Assembly: GCA_023213395.1 (NCBI GenBank)
Contig: CM041465.1
Span: 101,873,741-101,937,740 of the forward strand
Source of the DNA: Cycas panzhihuaensis
Taxonomy: Eukaryota > Plantae > Cycadophyta
DNA length: 64,000 nt
Direction of reading: 5' to 3'
Shown here: in pieces, positions 13,354 through 25,529 of the stretch
How the letters are laid out: every line of letters starts with the position of its first letter
Position numbering within the stretch: position 1 is the stretch's first letter
Position numbers and translations under genes: made by a program
Notes under the pieces: generated by a model
Databases searched by the model: none
Seen by the model: the letters and a program-made list of their open reading frames with translations, nothing else
What the model was told of the DNA's origin: nothing

Positions 13354-14133
13354 TAAGGAAGTTTGGATTGGGCAAGAGTTTATGGTTAGTTATTTACGCA
13401 TTTTTGTATGCACAAATTTCATGTAGATTTCTCAAGAGTAGAGAAAGAAATTTGATGATAAAAACCTTTAATGTATTTTTGTTGAGTATGTTGTTAGTAG
13501 CGAAGCTTACAAAGTTTGACCATTTTGCCAAGAAAACTTATGTTACAAGGGATGTTGTTTTTGTAGAAATCAACAATGATGTTGATTTAAGTACAAATCG
13601 TCTTCCACATGATAAAGGCAAAGTTGTGATTAGGGAATCTTCCTCTTCTAATTCTTATTTGATTCATCATTATTTTCATCACCATCACTAACTATAACAG
13701 ATTCATCAGACTCCCCCAATCTTATTAACACACAGTCTTTTGTTTCTTCTAGGCATTAAGGTAAGAGTTAGAGAAAAAAAACTCCCAAAATGCTTTTTTC
13801 AAATAGTTCGAAATTTCGAGGAAGTTGAAAGGAAATAACATTTCAAAATAAGTCTTCAAACTAATCCAAACTATGCACTAATGTATGAAATACTTAGTAT
13901 AAAGGAGCTTTTTATTTTTAAGGAGGCATGCATTGATAAAAAGTGGAAGGTGGTTTTATGTGTAAGAATTTATTCTATTCAAAAGAATATTACTTGAAAC
14001 TTAGTTGATTTGTCTAGTGGCAAATATGTTATTAGTTGCAAATGGTTTTACAAGACTAAATTCAGTTTTGATAGTATACTCAAGCGTCATTAGACTTGCC
14101 TAGTTGCAAATGGATTCAAACAAAAATAAAGTG

Positions 14134-15043
14134 TGTTGGTAAATAAAATGGATAGAAATGTTCAAAACGAGCTAAAAATTTGTCAAAATGATCCTAGGAA
14201 TGGCCAGAATGGGTCTAAGAATGACTATAATGGTCTCAAGAACACATGACAAGGTGCATTTTTCACAGGAATACATGTGAAATGTATGGAATGCACACTT
14301 AAAATCAAGTCATATGTTTTAGAGATGATGTCATATATAGGCATATATACATATGGTCATACATATAGAATAAAGAATAATTAATGTTGTAATGTAATTT
14401 TAAGTAAAAATGGAATAGTTGTGAGCATAAGTCACAACCATTCCCTCAAAAGGCACGCAATTGGGTATTTATTAGCACTTTTCCACCAATTTGGTGTGAG
14501 AACCAAGTTATTCATTTTTACATCATGTGCTAAAGGGTGAGAGTCAAGTGACTCAATCTTATATCATGTTTTCAAGGAGGTGAGATTCAAGTTATTTGAT
14601 CTTATGTCATACTCTCAAAGCTGATAACCAAGTTAATGAGTCATGTGATATGTTTTCTAATGTGAGAGTGGAGTCATTGAGTCTTGTGATATATTCCTAG
14701 GTGTATAAGAGTGAATATTGAATCATATGTTATGATTCATGGTGGAATGCATGTAGGATACGTCTATTTTCAATGATGTAAGAATATTAATAGTGATATT
14801 GCTTAATATAGTAATGAGTTACGTGGAATACTAAGTATCTTGTGCATAATGGTTATTTCATGGTGAATGTATGTTAGATTATTGATTGGTATATAGCATA
14901 ATGATGATGTTATAATGTTTTATTGTTATGATAATTATATGAGAAAGTGATGATATGACTATGTTGACCAAGCTCTAACTAAACCACCGATTAGTGATCC
15001 CTTGACAAGTGTATTCTCATAAAGGTAGTGACAGAAGTCAAAA
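14134..15043 (+). mobile_element. Solo LTR C (910 bp) inserted in the A RT
   Basis: Begins tgttgg and ends gtcaaaa (decayed gtcaaca). TSD aagtg/aggtg. Removal restores Q-K-E-G-V-D-Y. No internal region. Confidence 0.85.
14495..14740 (+). repeat. Degenerate minisatellite (about 41-43 bp x about 6) inside C
   Basis: Recurrent gtgaga(a/g)(t/c)caagt...tcttat.tcat unit. Confidence 0.7.
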
Positions 15044-16318
15044 AGGTGTTGATTATGAATATACTTTTGCACCTATTGTAAATATGAATACTGTCAAAAT
15101 TATTGTAGCCTTAGTTGCTTAATGCAAATGGCTAATTTAGCAGATGGATGTCGAGAGTATGTTTTTTAACAACTTGATTAAGAAGGTGTATTTGGAACAA
15201 CCTCCTGGCTATATTATTCATAGAAAGAAGAAAATGATATATTGCCTTAAAAAGGCCTTATATAGGTTGAAATAGCCACTACATGTTTGGTATGAAAAAA
15301 TTGATGATTATTTTTTGAAATATGGCTTTCAGCGATGGTCACTAGATCCAAGCTAGGACATCAAGGTTTAAAACCAATATGCGATACTTATCGTTCTGTA
15401 TCTTGATGATTTGATCGTCATTGAGAACGACTCAGATATGAGTTTCTAAGGGGACCTAAAGATATTTGATCTTAGACTACTTCATTACTTTTTGGGCATG
15501 GAGGTTTGAGAATAGTTAAGCAACATTTTCATATTACAAGCCAAGTACACTTGGGATATTTTATAGAGTTTTAGAATGGAGGATTGTAAATCATCTTCAA
15601 ATGGAAACTAGCACTATGCTAACATTTGATAAAAAAGACATATTTGTAGATTCTACCATTTTCAAATAGTTAGTGGGTAGTTTAATTTATTTACCTAACA
15701 CTAGACTAGATATGTCATATGCTATTGGGATTTGTTCTAGATTCATGTCTCAATCTAATCAAATATATTGGAATATAACAAAAATAATATTTAGATATTT
15801 AGAAGGAACACTGTGACATAGACTTTAATTTAGAGAAAATAAGAACTTCACTTTGAAAGGGTCCTTGTATTCTAATTGCATAGGATGTTGCAATAGCATG
15901 AGACCAACATCAAGGTATCGTTTCAACCTTGAATTAGTAGTTGTTTTATGGAGTCACTAAGGAAAAAAAAAAACAAAAAAAATAAATATTACTCTTTATT
16001 CTACTGAAGTGGAATATAATCCTACTATCAGTCTTAAAGAGTTTAGGCTAGAACAAATTTACCCTACTATGCTTTATTGTAATAATGAAAGTGTATTCAA
16101 GAAGACTAAGAATCTAATATTTTGTACAAGAATCAAGCACATAGAGGTACATCACCATTTTATTAGAGTATGTATAAGACAATGAGATCAACTTCATCTA
16201 TAAGTTGACCAATCAATAAATTGCAGACATTTTTGCCAAAGCACTTATTAAAGAGAAATTTGAAACATTCAAAGATGGCCTAAAATTTCAACTTAATAAT
16301 ATAAACATTAAGTGGAGG

Positions 16319-16659
16319 TGTTAGAATCTTTATGTTTCATTATTAGGTGATGTATTATAATTGATCACTTTATACTTAATGTTTATTGTGCACTTTATAT
16401 AAAGTTATGTTTAATTTTTCACCTTGATTCAAGTGAACATTTCTATCATTGTGGATATGTGAGGTGTCACAATCCTAAATACTCACTCACACTATGTATA
16501 GGGACCATTTCCCTTCTTATAAATAATGAATACTATATGCATTATTATGTTTAGAGAATGTTATTAGAGTGTAGAATAATTCTCCTTATTTAGTTGCATA
16601 TATTTGCTCTTTTTCCATTGTCTTTTCATCTCACTTGGCATAGGTTCTCACTCTTCTCA
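16319..16659 (+). repeat. 3' LTR of A
   Basis: tgttag...tctca; matches 1804-2210. Confidence 0.88.
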
Positions 16660-17242
16660 TGCTTGGTTTGATGTAGAAAGTTGTAGGCACCACAATTGAG
16701 GAACTTAAGTTTAAATCTGGTATACTATAATTTATTGATAAGTATGGTATAGTTTCTTTGGATGAATGTTGTGTCTTTGAAAGTTCTTATTCATGACATG
16801 GCAATGTGCTCTTTTGAAGACCATTTGATTTATAGACAATGATTAAAGGTTTAGTTATTCTACCCTATTAGCAAAGTGTAACAAACTCACATAAGTTAAA
16901 GCACTGGTAAATGAAGAGTAGAAACTTGTATTGTTGATGGTTAAACCAAAGTAATGCCTTGAGATTGTTAAGGATAAGGGAAATAGTGGATAAACTTTGT
17001 TGTTAAAATATATAATTCCAATCCAAAATGGATATCTTATTCAAGTATCAAGGTTTTTTTCAATAGCATAATGGATGGCATTAAAGGGTGCACTAAATTA
17101 TTAACCTTATTTGTTAGGGTAACCTTTTCTAAATGTAGTGGTATAGAAGTATGAGGAAATTAAAGGCCAAATGCAACTCCTAGTTATAGGGCATATCCAC
17201 TAAAAGTGTATCACTTTGTGGGTTGTTGATCATCCTTATGTC
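16660..17242 (+). pseudogene. Host Z piece 2: protease C-half, linker and RT start
   Basis: 'LG..K...KFK.GI..FIDK..IVSLDECCVFESSY', 'ALVNEE*KLVLLMVKP', and 'SVSLCGLLIILM' (the gypsy SSSPCGSPIVLV motif). Confidence 0.75.
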
Positions 17243-20200
17243 TATGAGAAATTAGAATTAACAAAGCACAACAAGATAAAAATTGAAGTAATAATGTGGA
17301 AGGAAAATAATAACAAAAAATGCTTTACTAAAGTATAATGGGAAGTCTTGATAAATTCTCATTAACCAAATAGAAGAAAGTATATCACACTTACATATAT
17401 GCATCATCGATAGTTACAAAGTATTGATACAAGAAATTAGAGTTATAATACGAAGATAGAAGTTCAAAAATTTCAAAATGGGGAGTTATATTTTAACATG
17501 TGTAAGAAGACACCTCAACTAAGATAAGATGCTAAAGTTCAATATTATTTTTAATATTGTTATAATATTAACTTCATTGCCTTTGACCCCAAGGAGTTCT
17601 TTGAACTTCTCAAAATTTTGCCCACTTAATGCCTTGGTCAATATATTTACAACCTAGTTCTTAGTTGATTAATATACCAACGATATTATATCATTTTGCA
17701 CCTACTTCTAAATGAAATAATGATGAATCTTGATATGCTTTGTCCTTGTATGAAAAATTAGATTTTTTAATAGTTGTATGGTACTTTGGTTGTCACATAA
17801 CAACACTGCGAGACCCTCATAATAAATCATAATGTAGTTAAGTATTCTCTTCAACTAAATTACCTTATAAGTAATTATAATTGATGCCTTATACTCTGTC
17901 TCTATTGATGACAATGAGACTATAGTTTGTTTCTTGTTAGCTCAAGAAACAACAACTAAACCTAGCATGAATACATATTTAGAAGTAGACTTTTTATCAT
18001 CATTGCTACCTATGTAATCTAATTCTATATATCCTTGCAATTTAAAATTTGTGCACCTATAGAACAATCCAAAACTAATAGCTCTGTTAACATACCTCAT
18101 AATGTATTTGGTAGCTTTTCAATATGAAATGGAAGAACTACTAATAAATATTATTGCCATCCCAACAACATAGTTGATATCAAGTCTCATAGGTTAGATC
18201 AAATTGTCTACCAATTGTATAAATAAGGTTTCATCCATGGTCTTCACATCAGTTTACCTAGTCAACTTTACTCCTGTCTTTATGGGGGTACTAACTAATT
18301 TACACTTGTCCATATGAAACTTCTTCAACAAACTATGTACATACTTAGACTGCGATATCAATATGTTGTAGTGCTTTTTCCATATTTCAATCGCAAGATA
18401 GTAATGTAGAAGTCCTAAGTTTATTATCTTAAAGTTTTTTAACAAATGTCTTTTGAGATCAACAATATATTTGGTGTCACTCCCAATAATAATTAAATCA
18501 TCAACATAAACAACAGATATGTGTCCATCCTCTAATTTCACATATAAACTATAATCTAAGTCGTAAATTATAAAAACATATGTTAAGAAATACTCATTAA
18601 TTTAAGCATACCAAGCCCTTGCAACTTGTTTCAACTCATATAAGGCTTTCTTAAGCTTGAAGATCAAATGCGTGCTCTTTTCCCTCCTCCTTAAATCCCT
18701 ATAAGTAATCCATGTAGATCTCATTCTCCAAAATTTCATTTAGAGAAGCACTCTTTACACCTATTTGGTGGATCTCTTAGTGAAACTATGTTGTTATACT
18801 GATTAATAATATGATTGTAGTCATTTGCTATTGGAGCAAAGGTTTCTACAAAGTCTATGTTTTTGAATTGAGAGTAAATTCCTTGGCGATAAGTCTAGCT
18901 TTGTATTTATCTATGGAACCATCTTGGTGAAACTTAAGTTAATAAATCCATCTACATCTAATTGACCTTTTACCAGTGGTAAGTTCAACCAAGTCCTATA
19001 TATAATTTTTTATTATGAAGTTATATAATTCTCTTCCATGGCTTTTTATCACTCAATTTTTTCCTTTGATTCCTCAAAGGAGTTTGGATCTTTTGAGTTC
19101 AAGACATTGAACATAAAGATAAAGTATGTTTTTTACCTTTTTTGAGCTCTCATATTCACCCTCTCATTAATGTTTTTCTCTCCAATATATGAGTCTTTAA
19201 TTGTCTACTTATACTATTTGGGTAATTCAGGTGAACACCCTTATGAAGGTTCAACTTATGGTACACTTTGAGGTATATGATTTTACACTCTTGTACTCTG
19301 TCTTTCCAAACTAGATTTAGGCACATCAATGCGAATATTTGTACTTGGAGATTTATTTTTAATTTTAACAAAATCACCTTCATGTTCATCAAAGATGATA
19401 TCCTTATTAATTATGATTTTCTTATTAGATGGATTTAATTACTTATAGGCCTTGGATGCATCATTATATGTAATGAGTATCCATTTTCTATTTTTGTCAT
19501 GTAACTTCTTTCTTCTATCTACAGGAATGTGAGTATAAGTAGTGCCCCAAAAAACTCTAAAGTGATTAACATATGGCTTTTATCTAGTCTATGCTTCTTT
19601 AGGTGATATCCCTAACAATGTTGGTGGGGGACATTTATTCAGGAGGTAAACTGCAATGGTAACTACTTCACCCTAATAATTAGGAAAAATACCTTTGGCT
19701 TTCATCATACTTCTAACTATCTTAACAATAGTTATGTTCTCCTTTTTTGTAACACCTTTATGTTGTGGTGTATATGTAAAGTAGTAAACAACCTCTTAAT
19801 TCCTCCTTCCTTACAAAATTATAAGAATTTAATGAATTTGTACTATCTACCATTATCACTTTTCAAGGTTTTAATTTTCAAACTTGAGAAATATACCTAC
19901 TTTACTTTCAATTTCTTGAAAAAATGGAACACTTATGGCTTATACTTGAGGAGATAAATCTATGTCTTCTTCATGAAGTCATTTATAAAAGTCAAAGTAT
20001 TATGCTTCAAAAGACTATGTGGAGAATGATCCATATAAATCATTGTGAGCTAATTCTAGCTTTTTTTAGCTCTTCACTGACTCTTCATGAATTTTTCCTG
20101 TGTTGTTTTCTTAGTGCACATACATCTCAAACTTTATCCTCCTTTTGTATAAGGGATAAACCACTCATTATATTGAGCTTATGTAGTAATTTCAAGACAA

Positions 20201-23200
20201 AATAATTGGAATAACCATATTGGTCATGCCATAAGTAACTATTCGCTTCGTCAATTATAAGTCGATGCATAAGTATATAAGAAAGCTTGTCTAAGCTATT
20301 ATGTTGCCTCCCTTGAGAAATAATATTATCCCCTTCCCTAATATTATGACTATCTTTGTTAATCATAACTTTCAAATCCATCTTTATTATCTAATTAATA
20401 GACAATAGATTATTTTTGAATGAGGGTACATATAGAACATAAAAAATTCTTTAAGTCTACCATCAATTTTTAGGAGGACATTTCCATGTCCTATAGCTCT
20501 ATGCTTACTATTATCACTTAGTAAAATTGTGCTTTTAGATGGTTTAGGTTTTTAAATTAATCCCTTTAAAATGAAATATGTTTAGTTGTTCTTGAATCAA
20601 TTAGTCATATTCCTACCTCTTGTTGGGTCTTAGGTATAAAGATCAAAGATTGTATGTACATTTATGCCATCCTTAAAAGACACATTTCCCTTAAATTTTC
20701 TTTTAACCTTATCTACTTTCTTTTGACAATAATTTTAGCCATGTGACTAGGTTTACCACAATAAAAACCTATCATCATTTTTTGCTATGTATGCTATTGT
20801 TGTTGTTGCTTCTATGCATGTTGTTATTGATGATGTGGATGTTGTTGATTATTGTTATGCTATTTGAATTTATTTTTACTTTGTAATTTATTTTGAGATG
20901 TATTAAAGTGTGGTTTAGATGTCCATTTGCCTTTAAATTTCACTTTAAAGGCTACATTATCACAATTGTCATATACACACAAAAATTACTCTTTATATAA
21001 GAGTAACCCACACAAGTGTTGAAAAGACAATGACTAAGATCTCTCAGCTAACCTCAAACTCATAACAAATATGTGGAAACCATGATGCAAACTACTTAGG
21101 GTTATGAAGACCAATTCTCTATCACTAATGGTCTTTCTAATAGAAACTAATAGGTCTTTGAACTCCTTTAACTTTTGGAGATATGAAGCTACCAACGGGA
21201 GGACCCAATCTTAAGAATGTATAATTGATTTTTAAAGTACAATATACAAGTTTCATTCTTGGACTTGTGTAATTATTGCAAAGTCATCCATGCTTTATTT
21301 GGTATACTTGCCCTTCATAGGCATAATTAAATCATTAATAACAAACATATCAATGATCACCAACACTTGGATATCGAGATAGAAGCGACATATAGTTGAT
21401 CATTTTTCTCAAATGGTTCTTGTTCAACTTTCATAGTAGGAAGTGTGAGTTTTCCTAAGCCATTTGCTAGTTTAATTAAATTTTAAAATATGAGAATATT
21501 GAAAATCTTAAAATTTCAAACTACATAATTTTTCTTGTTTACTTATGGGAATTTAGTAACAAAAAATAGAAATATTTGTGCTTTCTATAATCAAAATGCT
21601 AAAACATGACCACCATGCAAGGAGCCTATAAAATAATAAGAACTATTAGTCACCATGTAAGGAACCAAAAATGGCAAGAAATATGTAAAAGGATGCTTAC
21701 ATTTTAAAAAATGTAATTTTTTATGATTTTTGACCATTTTAAGGGATTAAAAAGATAAATTATTCTACCCACTTATAAAAACAAAGAGTAAAAGGTGACA
21801 TTTATGGGTTTCTATATTCAAATCACTATAAAAAAAAGAAGTCAAAGGTAGTTATCAGGTTTTAACCCTTTCCCATCTCAAAATGAGGTTATATAGAAGC
21901 TTAAAATGACTGTGGGCTAAACCAAATAAAGTGTAGACATTAAAAATTATCAAACAAAGTTGGATTTCACTTCATTTAGGTTTATAAAGTGAAATGAATG
22001 TTTTGGTGAAAATTTGATCTATGATTTTTCCAAATGCATTGTGACTTAAATGCCACTATCTGATCTCATAATGTGTTGATTGATCAATATGAAGCTTAGA
22101 GAAGGATTCTAGAAGATATTTTTACAACAATTTTGACACTCATTTATTGAAAATAAATAATGTAAGCCTAAAAGATGCCAAATTGGGGTTTTGTGAGTGC
22201 CTAACATTCTGTAAGTGTCCAACTTGATTTTTCATCAAAAACTCTATAAAGCAAAGTTGAAAAAATAGTTTACAATGCCTCTAGATAGTCTACGACTAAT
22301 TCCCTATTCAAGAAATAGACTTTTAGTGAAAAATATGCAAAAGGTGGTTCAAAACACTCACCATTTTTAAGATAGTCATTTGAGTCACAAAATGAGAGCC
22401 CAACTAAGTTTAACTTCAAGCAATTCAATAAATGAGGTTGAAAAATGATCCATCAACACCTTCAAGCAATTTTTTTCAAATCCATAGCCTGAAAATGTTA
22501 AAAATAGAGAAGAAATGTGTAGAGGCATGCTCACATATAATGCCCCCGATAGAAACCAAGTGCCCAACAAAGGAAAACCTTTGAAAATGTAAGCAATAAA
22601 TTTGTATACTAATTCATAATGCCCTTACGAGGTCCACAATTTCCTCTAAGTAGTAAAATCAACAAAAGTGAGTTCCTGAGCACTTCTGTGTGTGCCCAGA
22701 TTTAAGAGCTAAAACCCATGAAAAATGTATACATTAATATACCATACCCATATTAATAAACAAACTATGAAATCAGTAATCTTACCACAAGATTGCCATA
22801 CTTTTGAATTATTGTCCTTGAAGATTTGATCTATTGAAAAAAAAGTTTATTTGATGCTAAACAACAAGTTTTTGTTGTACTTTACATGGCCATAGAGATT
22901 AATGTTTTACTTTGATACCATGTGAGAAATTGAAACTAGTAAACTATATCAAGAGAAAACTTAAGTATTAATGCAAAAATAAAATAATAACACCAATAAA
23001 GGTTTTACTTATGTGTAGTAGCAAATCTTGATAAATTTTTATTAACCAAGTGGAAGAAATTACATCATACTTATACATATGCCTCAGGGGAAGTTACTAA
23101 GTAATGACACAAGAAATGGGAATTACAATACAAAAATAGGAGTTACGAAATTTCAAAAATGAGTTACATTCTTACATATGTGAGAAGATATCTCAATTAA

Positions 23201-23234
23201 GATAAAATATTAAAGTGAAACATTATTTCTAACA
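17243..23234 (-). mobile_element. Ty1/copia LTR retrotransposon D (old), inserted in the Z RT
   Basis: LTRs 22921-23234 (5') and 17243-17556 (3'). PBS tttgatacca at 22911-22920. TSD atgtc/atgcc. PPT not recognisable. Confidence 0.92.
17580..21590 (-). pseudogene. D gag-pol, disrupted
   Basis: ORF 18254-18541 has YVDDLII and LGLLHYYL (RT). Integrase, RNase H and a gag N-terminal N..NY..W motif are visible on the minus strand. Confidence 0.9.
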
Positions 23235-23411
23235 ATGCCAAGTAGAGATGATTCTTTGTGCATGTATTGAATTTAGGTTGATTAATAAAATATTGGTAAA
23301 AATTTTACTTCCCCTATACATTTATGGATTTCTAGATTAATTGTAAGGTAAAAAGGAATATTATAGTAAGATTGATCCTAAATTAGTTTATCATCAAGTC
23401 AAGGTTGAGGG
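23235..23411 (+). pseudogene. Host Z piece 3: gypsy RT N-terminal motifs
   Basis: 'MPSRDDSLCM.IEFRLINKILVK...DFLD*L*G..YYSKIDPKLVYHQVKV' corresponds to [23 protein letters not shown]...SKIDLKSGYHQVRI. Confidence 0.8.
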
Positions 23412-25529
23412 TGGTGGTAGAAAATGCACTAGGATGGTTATGAGATCATATTACATATAATGATCAAGTTCCATATTATAGTTCACAAGTATAAGGTGAA
23501 ATATAAATAAAACATTAAATAAACATACAAAAATTAAATATGTAATATGATATAAAATAATAAATGTTGGAGGAAATAACATCTTTATTATTGTATTATA
23601 AAATGATATATATTTATAGATATAGTTCACTTTATTGGAATCTAATAATATTAGAGAATCTTCAAGATAACCCATGAGAATACATAAACATGTGAGCTCT
23701 AAACACACATTTTAATCATGCTCACATATTAATATCCACACAAGTGTACACATCTTTGAAATTTGTATCCACAACATTTGAGGGATAACCATTATAATAA
23801 TCATAGACTAACCATAGATTAAACACTATTCTCCAACACTCCCCTATAATGTTTAATCTTTTGTCTTTCTTATTACATCACAAAATTTTGCCTTTATCTT
23901 TAACTAACTTTATGTATGTTTTCTTTTGTGCTTATTCTTCTCCAATACATGAAAAAAAATCTATTTCATCTTGCTTAGATTTATAATTTTAGGTTTATGG
24001 CCTGATAAAGTGATGAATTTATCTTGGGTGCCCAATAATTATCTATAAACAAATTACATTAACAAAGCATAAATGTCAAACAACCAACTATTACTAACCT
24101 AGGGTAATCTATTGTAATTCTTAATTCCATCCATAGAAGATATCCTGACCATGAACTCGTTGTATGATTTTAATTAATAAAACTTTAAATGCAAGGTTTA
24201 ATGAAGCATTTAGATAAATAATTATCATAAACACAAAATGTATTTTATTATTGATGTGATATTTCCTACATGTATTTCTTATAAATAGGTTCTCATAAAT
24301 GTTTCTCAAAGTTACAAAAAATTCTATTTGTAGGAAAAAAGTTTATAAAAAGAAAGTCTCAGAAACCTCAAAAAATGAATCCATCAAAGATCTCTTCATC
24401 ACGTGTATCAACTTCGACCTTAGATAACTGTCAAAAATAAAAAACTAGTAGAGCCCTACAACTACTCATTTCAAAAGCATTAAAATAAGCTTTCCAACAA
24501 ATTCATCAAAACTAAATTATGAGTTTAGACATAAAGTTATGATAAAAATGTTGAGTAGAGGTTGAATATTTTCACTTAAGGTTGAAAAATTGTGTTTAAT
24601 CCCTTTTGTTTGGGGTGTTGGTCACATGATTCCTTCTTATGTGACTAAGTACCAAATGTAAGGGTGTTTTGGTGGATTTTAAAATAATTTTAAATTTAGT
24701 TAAATTTTTTTAAAATATTTAAAAAAAAAAAATTATATGATATAAAATTAATCACCTTTTACATGTAAGATCTTTCATTGATTTCATATGTAAGTGTGTA
24801 TCTATGATTACATGTTTGTCTAGTTATGGGTTATTTTTCTAATGTGGGCATCTTTACTTTATCAATTTACACTTAAGGCCAATCTTATTGCTCTATACTA
24901 GTTTAGACACCTTTCTAATGACTCACATCCACTTTTAGTTAACTGTCATTGCCACATTTGCATGAGCCACCTATTGTGGCTATTCTCTAAAGGTTGCCCT
25001 CTTCTGTGTTTTAATTAGAGCTACTTCTTTGTAGGCATATGTAGAAAATAAGTATCATATGCAACATCTAAATCAAATATAAAGTATAAAACAGTGATAA
25101 AAAGATATTACACAGATACACATTATTGGCAGGTGGAAAACCCCTTATGGGAAAGAAAAACCACCTCTTAAAGAGAAATTCTATTAGCTGAAAACCTTTA
25201 TATAGTCATAAGAATCAAACCTAAATAAGAATACCTCCTACATACCAGCAAAAGGTTTAAGACCATCCTTAAGACATGCTTAGGACAACTAAACAGCCTT
25301 TACGTCTTCCTCCTAGATTCTAGGAGAGGCTTTTTAAGAAGTGAAAGGTTCGTTGAAATGGGCAGTTGCTCATTTTAAAAAACTTTACATAATGAATAAT
25401 AATTAAACATTATAACTTTATAACATTGACCTTTATAACTTAAAAATAAGCATTAACCTTTTTAACATCCCCCTTTAATGTTAACTTTTTGTACAATATA
25501 AAAGATAAAGAAGATATTCATCATGTTGA

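Larger units (their letters stand above)
13354..16300 (+). pseudogene. A integrase C-half, RT and RNase H (split by C)
   Basis: 'YVTRDVVFVE', 'CKWFYKTK', 'GFKQK*|GVDYEYTFAP', 'LYLDDL', 'RIKHIEVHHHFIR'. Confidence 0.9.
1804..16659 (+). mobile_element. Ty1/copia LTR retrotransposon A (old, decayed; contains B and C)
   Basis: LTRs 1804-2210 and 16319-16659. PBS tggtattagaac at 2214-2225 (tRNA-iMet type). PPT aagtggagg before 16319. Domain order gag-INT-RT-RH. Flanks cacat/tgctt fit a decayed cgctt TSD, and the host frame P-Y-A-L-G is restored on removal. Confidence 0.9.

Noticed and set aside
14495-14740. Regularly spaced repeats as a CRISPR-like array
   Set aside because: The whole unit is repeated with no unique spacers. 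It is a minisatellite within an LTR in a eukaryotic context.
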